A stretch of 64,000 nucleotides of DNA, taken from NCBI GenBank assembly GCA_043228905.1, contig JBHGNT010000003.1, forward strand, positions 12,896,001 to 12,960,000, in the 5' to 3' direction. Of this stretch, positions 11,071-22,774 are shown in pieces. The notes under the pieces were generated by a model, which was not told the origin of the DNA, did no database searches, and saw only the letters and a program-made list of their open reading frames with translations. Source of the DNA: Azolla caroliniana. Taxonomy: Eukaryota; Plantae; Polypodiophyta. The translations under genes were made by a program, and so were the position numbers. The stretch's first letter is position 1, and every line of letters starts with the position of its first letter.

Positions 11071-12078
11071 ATGCTGAATCTTCTCTCCAAACGATTTTCC
11101 ATGGATCACGAAGTGAGCAGCCATGATGGCGGCACGGATCTCGAGGCAGGCCTGGAGATAACAGGCACCGCGTCATCATCTTCTTCTAGTATCTCCAAGA
11201 ATTTGGAACGTTTCTTCGATGAGGTGAAAAAGATAAAAGAGGAGATGGAGAAGGTGAGAAATCTTCTGTCTCTGCTCAAATCCTCCAATGAAGAGAGTAA
11301 AAGAATCACAAAGGCACAAGCCATGAAAGATCTCCGAGATCGGATGGACAAACAAATCCGGGAGATTCTTAGCGATACAAAGCTCATCCAATCAAACCTT
11401 GAGAAATTGGATAAAGATAATTTGGAAAATCGGAAGATTCCTGGCTGTGAACAAGGCAGTTCTACTGATCGAACAAGATCTACCATAACAAATAGTCTCC
11501 GGACAAGCCTAAGAGATCTTATGCAAGAATTCCAAGTGTTAAGGCAAGCCATGGTTTCCGAGTATAGAGAGACCATAGATAGGAGGTACTACACGATCAC
11601 TGGCGAGAAAGCTGATGAAGCTACGTTGGATCGGATGATAGACACTGGTGAGAGCGAGAGATTTTTACAGAAGGCAGTGCAAGAGCAAGGGAGAGGGAAC
11701 ATTATAGAAGCTATTAAGGAAATCCAAGAGAGGCACGATGCTGTGAGAGAGGTGGAGAAGAGCCTTATGGAGCTTCACCAGATCTTCTTGGATATGTCTG
11801 TACTCGTGGAATCCCAAGGGGAAAATTTGAACAACATCGAAGCGACCGTGCTAGGAGCTTCCTCTTTTGTGAAGAAAGGGAACGAACAGCTCCAGACGGC
11901 CAAAAAGCTCCAGAAAAACACTAGGAAATGGACTTGCATCGCCATCATCATCTTATTGATTCTCATCCTTGTAATTGTGGTGCCAATCGTAATCAAATTC
12001 CTACCCTCTAACAACAATTCTTCTTCCTCCCCTTCTACTTCCACCCCTTCTCCTCCTCCTCCTTCAGGAGGCACTTAA
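11071..12078 (+). CDS. Plasma-membrane Qa-SNARE syntaxin, SYP12 (SYP121/124-like) type, intronless CDS
   Basis: Habc region with PGC..GSS.DRTR and RRYYTITGE..GESERFLQKA.QEQGRG. SNARE motif EIQERHDAV..L.ELHQIFLDM.VLVESQGE, C-terminal TM helix after RKWTC, Ser/Pro tail. Confidence 0.93.
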   Translation: MLNLLSKRFSMDHEVSSHDGGTDLEAGLEITGTASSSSSSISKNLERFFDEVKKIKEEMEKVRNLLSLLKSSNEESKRITKAQAMKDLRDRMDKQIREILSDTKLIQSNLEKLDKDNLENRKIPGCEQGSSTDRTRSTITNSLRTSLRDLMQEFQVLRQAMVSEYRETIDRRYYTITGEKADEATLDRMIDTGESERFLQKAVQEQGRGNIIEAIKEIQERHDAVREVEKSLMELHQIFLDMSVLVESQGENLNNIEATVLGASSFVKKGNEQLQTAKKLQKNTRKWTCIAIIILLILILVIVVPIVIKFLPSNNNSSSSPSTSTPSPPPPSGGT

Positions 12079-13611
12079 AAGAGGTTATAGTAAGTCGAAG
12101 TAAAGTAAAGTACTCCCCCCCCCCCTCCACCTTATCATATCATACAAATAATGCCCTCTCCCTCATCTGTCCCCAAAATAACAACAACATGTCTGTCTAG
12201 GGTTAACATTCTCGAGCACTGGACCTTTATAATATTACTGTTTAATTAGAACCTGCTGCAAATGATCAACATTCGTATTTCTATGTCATAACGACTGATC
12301 CACCATCTCTGAATTCCTCACCCTAAACCTCCCATCCATTGCCATCCTTCCCCGATTGGATACATTACATGTTATGTCTTTTCTTTTTTTGCAAGGGGTC
12401 TTCTACGTTTGGGGGCCAGTGTGTTGTAATATATATAAAAGGTGGAATACAAAATAATTTCTATTATCGCTCATCCATTCGTGTATGGAGATTCTGATCA
12501 CTCGCATTCAACTGACCTGAGAATAAATAAATTTGTGGTCCGTTTTGTGCGCCTCATCGTGCCCCAACATGGCTTAGCACCAGGCCGACCTCAGGCAGTA
12601 GGATTGCCCCAATATATCTAATCCTTACTTAATAACAATGTTTGTGTTTCTTCCATGACTAATGATATCATATGAATTAAAAAATGTAAAGAGAATTGCG
12701 GTATATACTGCACATATGTTGCATATATTGTAGAGGGAAGGGAGGTAGAGTGATTATGTTTGTACTCTCATTGATTGGGATGCTTATAGTCAATTAACAA
12801 TTAGTTTGAATCGCTGGCGAGCTTTGAGGATTAGGATTCTTACGAATGCGTGTCGTTGGCTATGACTTAGTAGTTTCTAATATACTAAACTAATGTCTCT
12901 CTCTCTCGCTCGCTCGCTCGGCAAACCACAGAACTAAATTAATAAATTGCATGTAAGAACTATACAATACATATTATTGTTGACGAGGAGGATGTTCCTG
13001 AGTTGTGCCATGAAAAAAACAGTTTTTGCCCACATGAGGGAGGATCCACATTTCCCATGTCATACATAACTAGTATAAATGCCTTTCCAACTTTCTAGTG
13101 TATGCGTTTACTCCATCCATCTCTACCATATTCCAATTATGTCGCAACCTCCAAGAAAAGGAATTATATGATTTCCATCTCACCCTTTTCTCTAAGTTGC
13201 TCATATTGGCTAAAGCCCCATTGTGTAGGCATCCATTACCAAGTAGCGAAACATCAAATGAAATGGGCATATACTTCCTTGGAATGATATTATGGAGAAG
13301 ATTAGAATTTAGGACATGGCACAAAAATTTGAAACATTATGGAAAGATTAGAGTGCCCCTAGTGCAAGGATGATATGCTAAAAATAAGAAATGAGACTCT
13401 ATCACCTTTTTCGTTGTATTTTGCTTACCCTAGTGGTAAGTTGTTTACACTATTAGCACTTCATCTTGGGTTCAAAACCCAATTACCTCATTTCTCTATT
13501 ACTTCATAGATATATCTCTTATATTTTCACTAAATGCCACTGTGGAATTGAACCCACCCATGACCACCTAGTCTCTATTGGGCAACCTTACCAACTAAGC
13601 TACATCCATCT

Positions 13612-13647
<36 letters not shown>

Positions 13648-14928
13648 TAAAAGCACACAATTATATTAATTGTATGTGAAATCCATAGTTACAACACTTC
13701 TTAGTCTCCTTTATCTACCTATCCTATGTAAAGGGAGGGACGTTTTGTAATGCCATTAGAAAACTTAAAGATGCATTTGAGGAAACGATCCCCACATCCT
13801 CTAAAATCCAGAAATTCCACATAAGACTACCTTTCAACTTCTTCATATACCCTTTCACCCCATGTTTACTATCAAATGTAAATGCATTACGCATATTCCA
13901 ATTGTGTTTTAGTCCCCAATAACGTAAAAATTGGAAGAATATTTCCATCTCACCATTTGAACCATTTTGAACATATTGAGAAAAAACCCATTGTTAAGGT
14001 CTCAAATAACAACGGGTTAAAACTTGCCAAACCTCCGATAAATACTTCCAAATGGTACATGCTATAGGACTTTTAATGATTTGCTCATCTTAGTTTACTT
14101 CTATCATCACTTGTTGTTCTTCATTACACAATGTTGTTCTTGTTTCCGCACTAACGGCCTCAATCTCCAACATCTAGTTGGGTTTTGTATTCTACAGTTG
14201 GCTGTTTTCTGACTTCAACAACATCCTTGGTCTCAAATCCTTGAAGACTCCAAGTCGACTCAAAAGTACTGGAACAGACCCCTGATTTCAATCAGACTGA
14301 AATCTTTTGATCGACAACCTTCTAGATCTTATCCGATGAAGAGAGATGACACCTTGTTGATCTGCACTCCACTGAACTAAACCACACCCCAAGTAGGCCA
14401 GTTGGTTGTACTCTCCCTAGTGGTTGTAGTTGCTCAGAGTGGGATCTTGAACAAATCGGCCTCATCTGTGCTCCATCTAGTTAAGCGAAACTTGGGCAGA
14501 CCAGCCGGTGTTATCCCCTCATTCACTGTAGTCACTCGAAGTAGGATCGACATTACAAACGACACAAAATCTGTGATCGACACCTTGAAATCAATAATTA
14601 GAATAGGACTGGTAGTTAATTGTGCTCAATTCGGCTAGGTGATATTTGGGAAGACCAGTTGGCTTTGTCCCTCCACTCACCGTAGCCACTCTAAGCAAGT
14701 TTAGTACCCAAGTGCCATTCGAAATCCAATCGGCTAATCAATCGGCAAATTCGGGTTCAATTAGGCTAAGCCAATCGACTATAGTCACTCTAGACAAAAC
14801 TTGTTGACAGTCAAAGTCAATCGACTTGTGTCCAAATACGGCTAGAACAAATTCGGGTGAGCCAACCGGCTATACTCAACCACAGTTCGTAGCCAACTGT
14901 GGACAAAACCTTACCAAGCTGACACAAA

Positions 14929-16062
14929 ATGGCATCAACATCTGGCTCATCAAAGATGAGTCTTAGGAAGTTCGACAAATCAAACTTCAACTTTTAGAAG
15001 GAGCAAATGCAGGACTATCTAATAGTAAAGGGTCAGATTGACCCTATTGAGAACCAAGATGCTCTAGAAGGATACGAACTGAATGAGTGGACAAAGGTTA
15101 ATCGAATCGTTCATGCCACTATTGGGATGCACCTATCCGAATACGTCTACTACACGGTACAATCGTGTACGACAGCCTTCAAACTATGGAAAACATTGTC
15201 AGACACATATGAGAAGAAGGCAATCGCAATCAAGATACTAGAGCCTCTATAACCTTTGGATGAAAGAATCTGATTCAGTTGAGGCACACATCAACAAGTA
15301 CGAAAGCCTAAACTCCCAAATTTCGGCTCAGTGGACAACAAACAAAGACAAATTAAAAGTAATGTTGCTAATGAGTAGTCTCCCTCCTTCATGGGAAACT
15401 TTCGTTACAACTGTGTGCAATGGTGTCAATTGCCACTATGATGAAGTACTCCGAAGTCATGAGCTCAACCTTGATGAAGCTACTCGGAGGAAATCACTTG
15501 TACATGATTTGGCCAACGACGCCTACAAAGTACAAGGTTCAGCTGACCGACCGAACAGTCAGGGAAGAAGTTCCTCCTGGTAGCCGACGAATACGCAAAA
15601 TCGGAGCCTGCAACTATTGCAAGAAACCTGGACACATCAAGGCCGATTGCAGTGCCCTCAAAGCCAGGAATGATAAGGCTAAGAGAGTTAATCACAAGGG
15701 TAGTCGGCAAGAGGAGATCAACTACGTCAGCTCATAGCCAAAGTTTTGACCAATGTCCTAAATATCCTATACATTGAGAACTCTATTGAATCAGAAGTTC
15801 TGCTTATGACTGAAGAGTCAAGCACTTGGCTCTTAGATTCATGCACATCCTACCATGTGATTACTCATAGATCACACTTATGTCAATATTCAGCCCGACA
15901 TTTTGAGTCGAAAATTCGCACCATTGTGCAATAATTGGCATCGGCATGGTAGAGCTCAACCTTCCTGGTGGCTCTATCCTTGTACTACACAACGTCCAAC
16001 ATGTACTTGAGTTCTCAAGTCCATTGATCTCAATCAGAGAATTGGACGAAGACGGCATCCGT
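14929..16062 (+). pseudogene. Decayed Copia gag-protease, 5' half of an element split by the Gypsy at 16063
   Basis: LLMSSLPPSWETFV, zinc knuckle CNYCKKPGHIKADC, protease WLLDSCTSYH, LISIRELDEDG. Confidence 0.8.
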
Positions 16063-17124
16063 TGTCGCGAAGTTTCGCGCATGTGTGTTACTTGGGCTTG
16101 GACTAGGGAGTACGAAGGGATAGAGAAGACTCGAGGTTTACTTTATGACAATACTACTTCCCGACCCCTTCCCGAGCAAGCCATCGTTGCCCCTTTTGTG
16201 GGGCCGGTGGCTTTCGTTGATCACGACTCGTCGAGTTTTCGAGATCACTGCACGAGCCAAGTGATCAAAAGGGTACAAGCAAAGATGACGACACAAGATG
16301 AACACACAAGGGAACGATAGCACAAACACGAATGCCCGTACGTCTTTATGAGGAGGAGAGGTGCATGGGCATGCCCGAATGCTCCCTTGTCACAAGACGT
16401 CAAACGTACAAGGAAAACACAAAACACACGCACAAATGCTCGTATGCCTTTATGAGGAGGACAGGTGCATGGGCATGCCCGAATGCTCCATCGTCACAAG
16501 ACGACCGAACGTACAAGGAAGACACAAACAGATGCACAAATTCTTGTACGTCTTTATGAGGAGAGGTGTATGGGCACGCCCGAAACGCTCCCTCGTGACA
16601 AGGAGATATGAGGGGATGAAGGGGTATGAGATGAAGAGAAATGGTGAAGATGAAGATGAAGAGCTTCGAAAGAAAAATGGCGATAGTCTCCTCGTCCCAA
16701 AACATCCTCCTAAATGAGCCCCCCTCGACCTCCTTTTATAGGAAAAAAGGAAGGGGGGTCGCCAATTTTGTCTTCAATGCAAAAAGGAATAAAATTCCTT
16801 AAATCACGCTGCAGTGGAAGACCAGATTTGAACCGTGCACCTCTAGCTAGGAGTCAATGTGACTATCCACTAGTGCATTAACTTTGTCTTATATAATATA
16901 TAATTCTATATCTACAAATTCATAGCATGTCTTCTGTCTACTTTTTATCTGTCCTCTCTCTTACTTTTTACATGAGTTTCTATACCTCCTTTCCACCCTT
17001 TCTTTTCCCTTTTCTTTTGCATATGCACAATTAATTGCCTTTGTGTACACACACATTGCACATGCACATTTTGACCCCTCCTTTCGCCGGTTTTTCCCAC
17101 ACTCGAGCACACCACATCATGACA
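16063..17124 (-). repeat. 3' LTR with ~3 copies of a ~95-bp internal repeat
   Basis: Collinear with 22785-25406. Confidence 0.8.
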
Positions 17125-17199
17125 TCCACACCCACCAAACCGCACATCCTCTAGTATGTGCCAAGAATGGCGGGTTGAGGGTGGTTAATAGTTCATTTC

Positions 17200-20100
17200 C
17201 TCCTCCTCATTAACCCCACGGCTTGTTGTTTGCTCGCCTTTATCTTCGTCAAGGTCATCGAGGTTTGGCTCCCTATCGTGTCACTTTTTGAAGATTTAGA
17301 CCCGCTTCCTTGCTATTGGTACTGCCAACTTAGTCCCATCGAGTTCAACGAGGTGGTAGGTGGCATTATCGTTTGCACTCGTTACCACGTATGGCCCGAA
17401 TCATCACTTTGCGAATTTCCGCATCGAGCTATGTTGATTGTTGAGACTGCTATCATACACAATCACCTAATCTCCTTCTTCAATCTTCCGAGGGCATAGT
17501 CGGTGGTGTGTCTTGTCAAACCGGGCTTTGTTACTTAGCCTAGCCGCTTCTAACCTCTCCTTTGCCAACTCCAAGTCTTCGGGTCTTCTCTCAAGTTGCC
17601 TTATCCTTATTGCTAGAAGCTCTTCTCGACTCATCACGTTTTCCCAGGGCATCGCTACCCATGACACGATTGTGTCTTCAATGGGCATCATCGGCTTTTG
17701 TCCGTACATGAATTCAACTGGCATGAAGCTTGTAACTGAGATGTGAGTTGTTCTGTCGGCCCAGAAGGCATAAGGTAGTAACCGAGGCCAATTCCCGACT
17801 CGCTCATCGCAAGCTCTTACAATGGCTTTTACGATAGGCCCGGGTCCACGTTCTATCTTTCCATTAGCCTCCGGGTTATAAGCAGTTGTTAGAGAGAGCT
17901 TCACTCCAAGTCGTTCAAAGAGCTCTGTAGCTTCGTGAGAGTTCAACTCTCTGTTGGCCACTATCTTTCCCACGCATTTGTACTGGCAAATTACATCTTC
18001 GAGTAAGAATTTACACCAAATATTCATTTGGCCCTTCTATATGGTTTGTTAAGTCTTCTCTTGCTAGCACCAAATATTTCATTTGGCCCACTCCCATCGG
18101 CATCGAAACCAAATCAAACATCCATTTGAAGTGTAAGGTGAGTGGGTAGGTCGGGTGCAACTCATCCCTATGGCGTATGTTTGAGTGTATCTGGCAGCTT
18201 TCACATGTCCCCACGAAATGGGCGAAATCCTTGTACATTCCTGGCCACCAATACTTCTCCTTTAACTTCTCGAATGTTGCCCATGTTCCTCTATGGCCCG
18301 CCCAAAGACTCTCGTGGAACTCAGACACCAATGTTGTTTGTGTTGAGAAGTAAGCTCAACAAAGGTATGTGATGCTTATTGAGAAATAAGCTATAGTAGC
18401 TATTAGCTAATTAGCTACTAGTGGACATAAAAGTGAAATAACTATTTAGCTATGCACAGTTATTTAGCTACAAATAACTAATTAGCTGCATATATAAGTC
18501 ACTTATATACTTAGGTAAAAAGTAAGTGAAGTAGAATTTGTAAGAGTGAGAGAAGTAAGAATAGAAAACAGAAAATTGACAAGAGCGAGTTGAGCTCTAC
18601 GTGTAATGGAATAGAAGCTTTTGGACTGTGCAGAGGTAAGTCTCCTTCCCCTTCCCCTTTCCGTCTTGAGCACTAAACGATCTAGCATATCACGACCCAT
18701 TGTGCACACAAACAAGAACCGGAGCGCCTTCGTAACAGTCTGGTCCACTTCCTTGATGATCACTCGTTGTGGCATTCCTGTTCTTCTCTTCGGGTGCCTC
18801 CAAAGGAATCCTCCTCGTAGGAAGTACTTGAACGCTTTCTTTCGGACTCTTTGTGCTTCCTCCTTCGACCATGAAATATCCACCATCATTGAACGCGTGG
18901 AGTGTGTAGGCACTGCCCTTCGTATTCACTTTCGTTGAAGGCGTGGAGTTGTCGCACATCTCAATCATCTATAGACGCTTGGGCCATCTTAAAGAAGTCA
19001 AGAGCGACATCCTCATCTTCAGACACCATGTCGCTTTCGCCCTTGAATCTTGCCCTCGATAGCATATCTGCCATGGCATTGTTCTTCCCGGAAATGTGGT
19101 GAATCTCCGGGTTCATTGATTTGATGTAAGCAATCCATCTTAGCATAGCTAAGTCAGGTATTGCACATCTCGAAACCATCCCTAGGATTGGAAGGCAATC
19201 CTTCTCTATTACCACCTCCAACCCGATTAGGTAATCTTTGTGCGCCTTCACTGTGGACCCAATACCCCAAAGCTCACGTTTTACTTGGGTGTATCCTCGT
19301 TGTCGCTCGCTTAAGTCCTTGGCTCCGAACCGGATGGCGTAGCGTGCACCATCCTCTCCTTCTTGGTTGATGACCCATCCGATCCCTGTTGGACTCGTAT
19401 CTACCGTCAAGTAGATGGGCACCCCTTCCTTGTATACAACTTTTCGTAAAGTTGGTGCCGCTACCAACATTCCTTTGAGCCTCTTCATTGCCTCTGTGTG
19501 CTCTTCCTCCCACTTGAACTTCCGCCCCTTCTTGAGTAGCCCATACAAGGGCTCGGCTAGGTGAGCGTAGTGCAGGATCCAGATGTGGTAGAATGCACAG
19601 GCACCAAGAAATCACCTTACCTCTATTTGCAATTTACATTCTTCCCTCATGTCTGTGATGGCATTTACCTTTGCTGGGGATGGCTTCCGTCCGTATGCAC
19701 CGCAAAAGTGTCCCACCATAAGAATCTCCGGTTGGCCGAATGCCGATTTCTCACCCGAGAAGGTCAAGCATGTATCTTCGAGTCTTTGTAGAACCTTCTC
19801 GCAATCAGAGATGTGATCTGCCACAAAACGTCTACACCCATCCTCGTCCAAGGTTTCACCTTTCTCCGCTTCAGTGCACCCTTTTATGGGGATGTCATCG
19901 AGGAATGGCATGGTGATATCGGGGATGCAATCTCTCAATACCTTGTTCATTGCATTTACCATGTGGGCTCTAGAGTTAGTGCCTCCTTGTGGCAACGTAC
20001 ACATTCGCACAAGGCCAATAGGGGTCTGCATTGTCGTGTTGTCCCTACTCTCCACAGCTAGTTGGAATTGATCATACCCAGAGTATAGATCACCGATCGA

Positions 20101-22770
20101 ATAAATAGACCTTCCAAAGAAGGCCTCGGCGAATTCGTCAACGCTCGGCCCGACCCCTGGATTTCGAATTGTCACTTGATTAACAGGTTGTAGGTCCTGG
20201 ATGAAGCGTAAGGTGCCGTTCTTCTTTGGCACAATGAACCACCAATTCGAGTATGGGGCATTTGATGGCTCGAGGATACCCATCTTGATCTTTTCCTTGA
20301 GTAGCTCAATCAACTTTGGGATGTGAGCTCTCGGAACCGGGATTGGTTTGATGTTCCACGGCACATGCGGTACCATAAAGATCACCATTGGCTCCACGAT
20401 CTTAGGATTTATGCACCCTATCTCACCCGACGAGAAGGCGAAAGCCCTTCCGTGGCTTTTGATCATCCTTCTAAATCTTTCCTCCTCCCTAGGCAATCGG
20501 AAGCCACCCCCACCATTCCGGAGCTTCTGTTGTGTCTCGTCAGTGAACTAGTGCCCTATGCCTCGTGGGTCCCACAAGCTAGGATCAGCTGCTACCCCCT
20601 TTATCCGATCCCAACTATCGTTAGGTAATGGAGCAGCCACATGCTTCACCTTCTTGTCCACGGTCTTGTACTTTGTTTGTACCTTGACCGTCCTCGCTTC
20701 CTCGATCAACCACCCAAGCTTTTCGATGGCTGTGTATTTGTCAACTGAGTTGACTGGAATTGCCTTGTCTTCATTGAGGCCCGAAATGACTATCCTCCCC
20801 ATCTCTCTGAGAGTGTCATCGAATGAGACAGCCTCCATGGTGTCATTTATGGTGTCATCTTCCCCTAATAAATTACATTGTTTGAGATACCTTTCGTATC
20901 TCTTGGCTCTAGGCTTATCTCTATCACTTAAACTAGTAACTTTACAAGCTCCAATTTCGAAGAACCAAAATTGTTTCCTATTACATTTAATAGTTTTGCA
21001 AGGGTTTAGGGTCTTAGTTCTCCTTGGGCTATTGTGACCCCACTCTTTAATAGCCCGCATCAAAAATCCTCTCGGCTCTCCCCTTTGAGGGAGCTCGATT
21101 GCGATCATGGTTGGGCCTCATCGTAAGGAATTGGACCGAATGCTTCCCATCTTGTCTCTTGACCCTCGCATATGCCGACCCATTGTCTAGCACCTTCGTC
21201 TCCATGCGAGCTGTCGTGATGTATGGTTCACCCAAGATGACAGTTGACAATGCATTTACAATCGCGGGCTTTGCCACTTCTTGCTCCATCGAGAGCCACT
21301 TCCTCTTCATTAGGTCGATGATGACCTCGTGGAATTCTTCCTTGGCAATTCCGAGGACCTCTCGTAGAGTAAACTCTACATGACTACCGAGGATCTTTTC
21401 CTCCATTACCTTCTTCAAGTCTGTTGCTTGTTCGATCTCCGAGCAAAGCTTGAAGTTGGGGGGGTTCCCCTTCTCTTTCCATCTTTTGTCGCGTGCTTGA
21501 GACTAGTTCGGCTCTTCCCTTCTTCGTGCACCTCGAGCATCGTATTTCCTTGATGGACCGGCTACCTCGTCATTTCCTACCTTCTTCTCTTCTACCATTA
21601 CTTCATAGTTTTGGAAAGCGGCTTCCACGAAGCCGCTCTTTTCTTCCACTGGATCCTTCACCTGGTTGTTTCTTGGACCCTTCTTTCCGCTTCATCCACT
21701 TCTTCTCTTTTGAACTTTCCCTTAGAGAGGCTTCCAAGGATTGACGGCCAAAAGTCAAACTCTTTCTCCTCTTGCCTCCTCACCTCTTTCCCCACTCGGA
21801 TCCCAACTGAGGCCGAGTAGTGGACGGCTTCAACGTGTCGTGCCTCAGCCTCCTCCATTAGCCTTCTCATGCCCCCTCAGCCTTGATTCAATCCCTAGGC
21901 GAGCCTTGTCTCCGTCGAATAGACCCTATTTTTCCAAAAGATAGACAATATCCCTTCTTAGGGCCTCTTGAAAGTGTCCACACTCCCTTCGTAAGTGGTC
22001 GGTATTGTCGCACCACATACATCTTGGCGAGAACATCGGACGTCGATCTTGAGGGCCGCTACTCTCTCTCCTAGCTTGCGCTATTTGGAGATCTCACACC
22101 ATCTTTGTGAGCTTGTCTATTGTCGACCCTCTGGATGGTTCAACCACATTTCTCTCGGGGATGAACCTTGCATGTGGGTGCTCTACCACCCCTGGGTTTG
22201 TGTGTCTCACTAATGGAGCATGTGGATGTTTGGCCGCTCAACAGAGACCCGTCATTCCATTCCCTTCTCTTATTGAAGCAACTACAAACCCGTTTTACCA
22301 TAGCCCAATTCGTCGTGAGCCCATCATCAATTTCGAGGAGGACCCTCACCTTCTCTCGGTCTTGTGCATCAACAACTTTTATTAATCGTAGGACCTTGCT
22401 TGTGTCAAGCACCGTCCTATCGAGAGCCGAAGTGCCATAGTATTTCTCCCCTTGCCAGGAAGCTCAACCCACTCCATAAGATCCCTTTTCGAAATTCTGA
22501 GTGAGTCATCAAGGTCGTAATTCTCGAGGAGTCTTTCTTCGAACTCCTCCCAGTTGCAACAGTTCGCTTGGATCTCGAGTACCTTTGCTTAGATACTCGG
22601 CGTTACCACTATAGCGAATCCAGTTAGACGCCTATCTTCGGGGACATTTCGCATAAGCATTTCGGCCTTATAGGCATCCAAGTAGCTCGTGGTATCTCTT
22701 CCGTTCAACCGACCCGTTGTGCTGACTACCATGTCTATGGCCCGCCCTTTCACGTTGGGTTCGCCAATTG
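17200..22770 (-). pseudogene. Gypsy gag-PR-RT-RH-INT, fragmented
   Basis: ORF pieces: 22589.. (gag), 21047-21418 (PR end), 20548-21108, 19612-20496 (RT), 18961-19548 (RH), 18011-18331 (HHCC), 17467-18027 (INT core). Confidence 0.85.
18341..18737. mobile_element. Solo LTR (397 bp) inserted in the Gypsy integrase N-terminus
   Basis: TGTTG...TAACA ends, TSD GTTTG/GTCTG. Removing it restores ..VDQTTLVSEFH... Confidence 0.8.
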
Positions 22771-22774
22771 GTGT

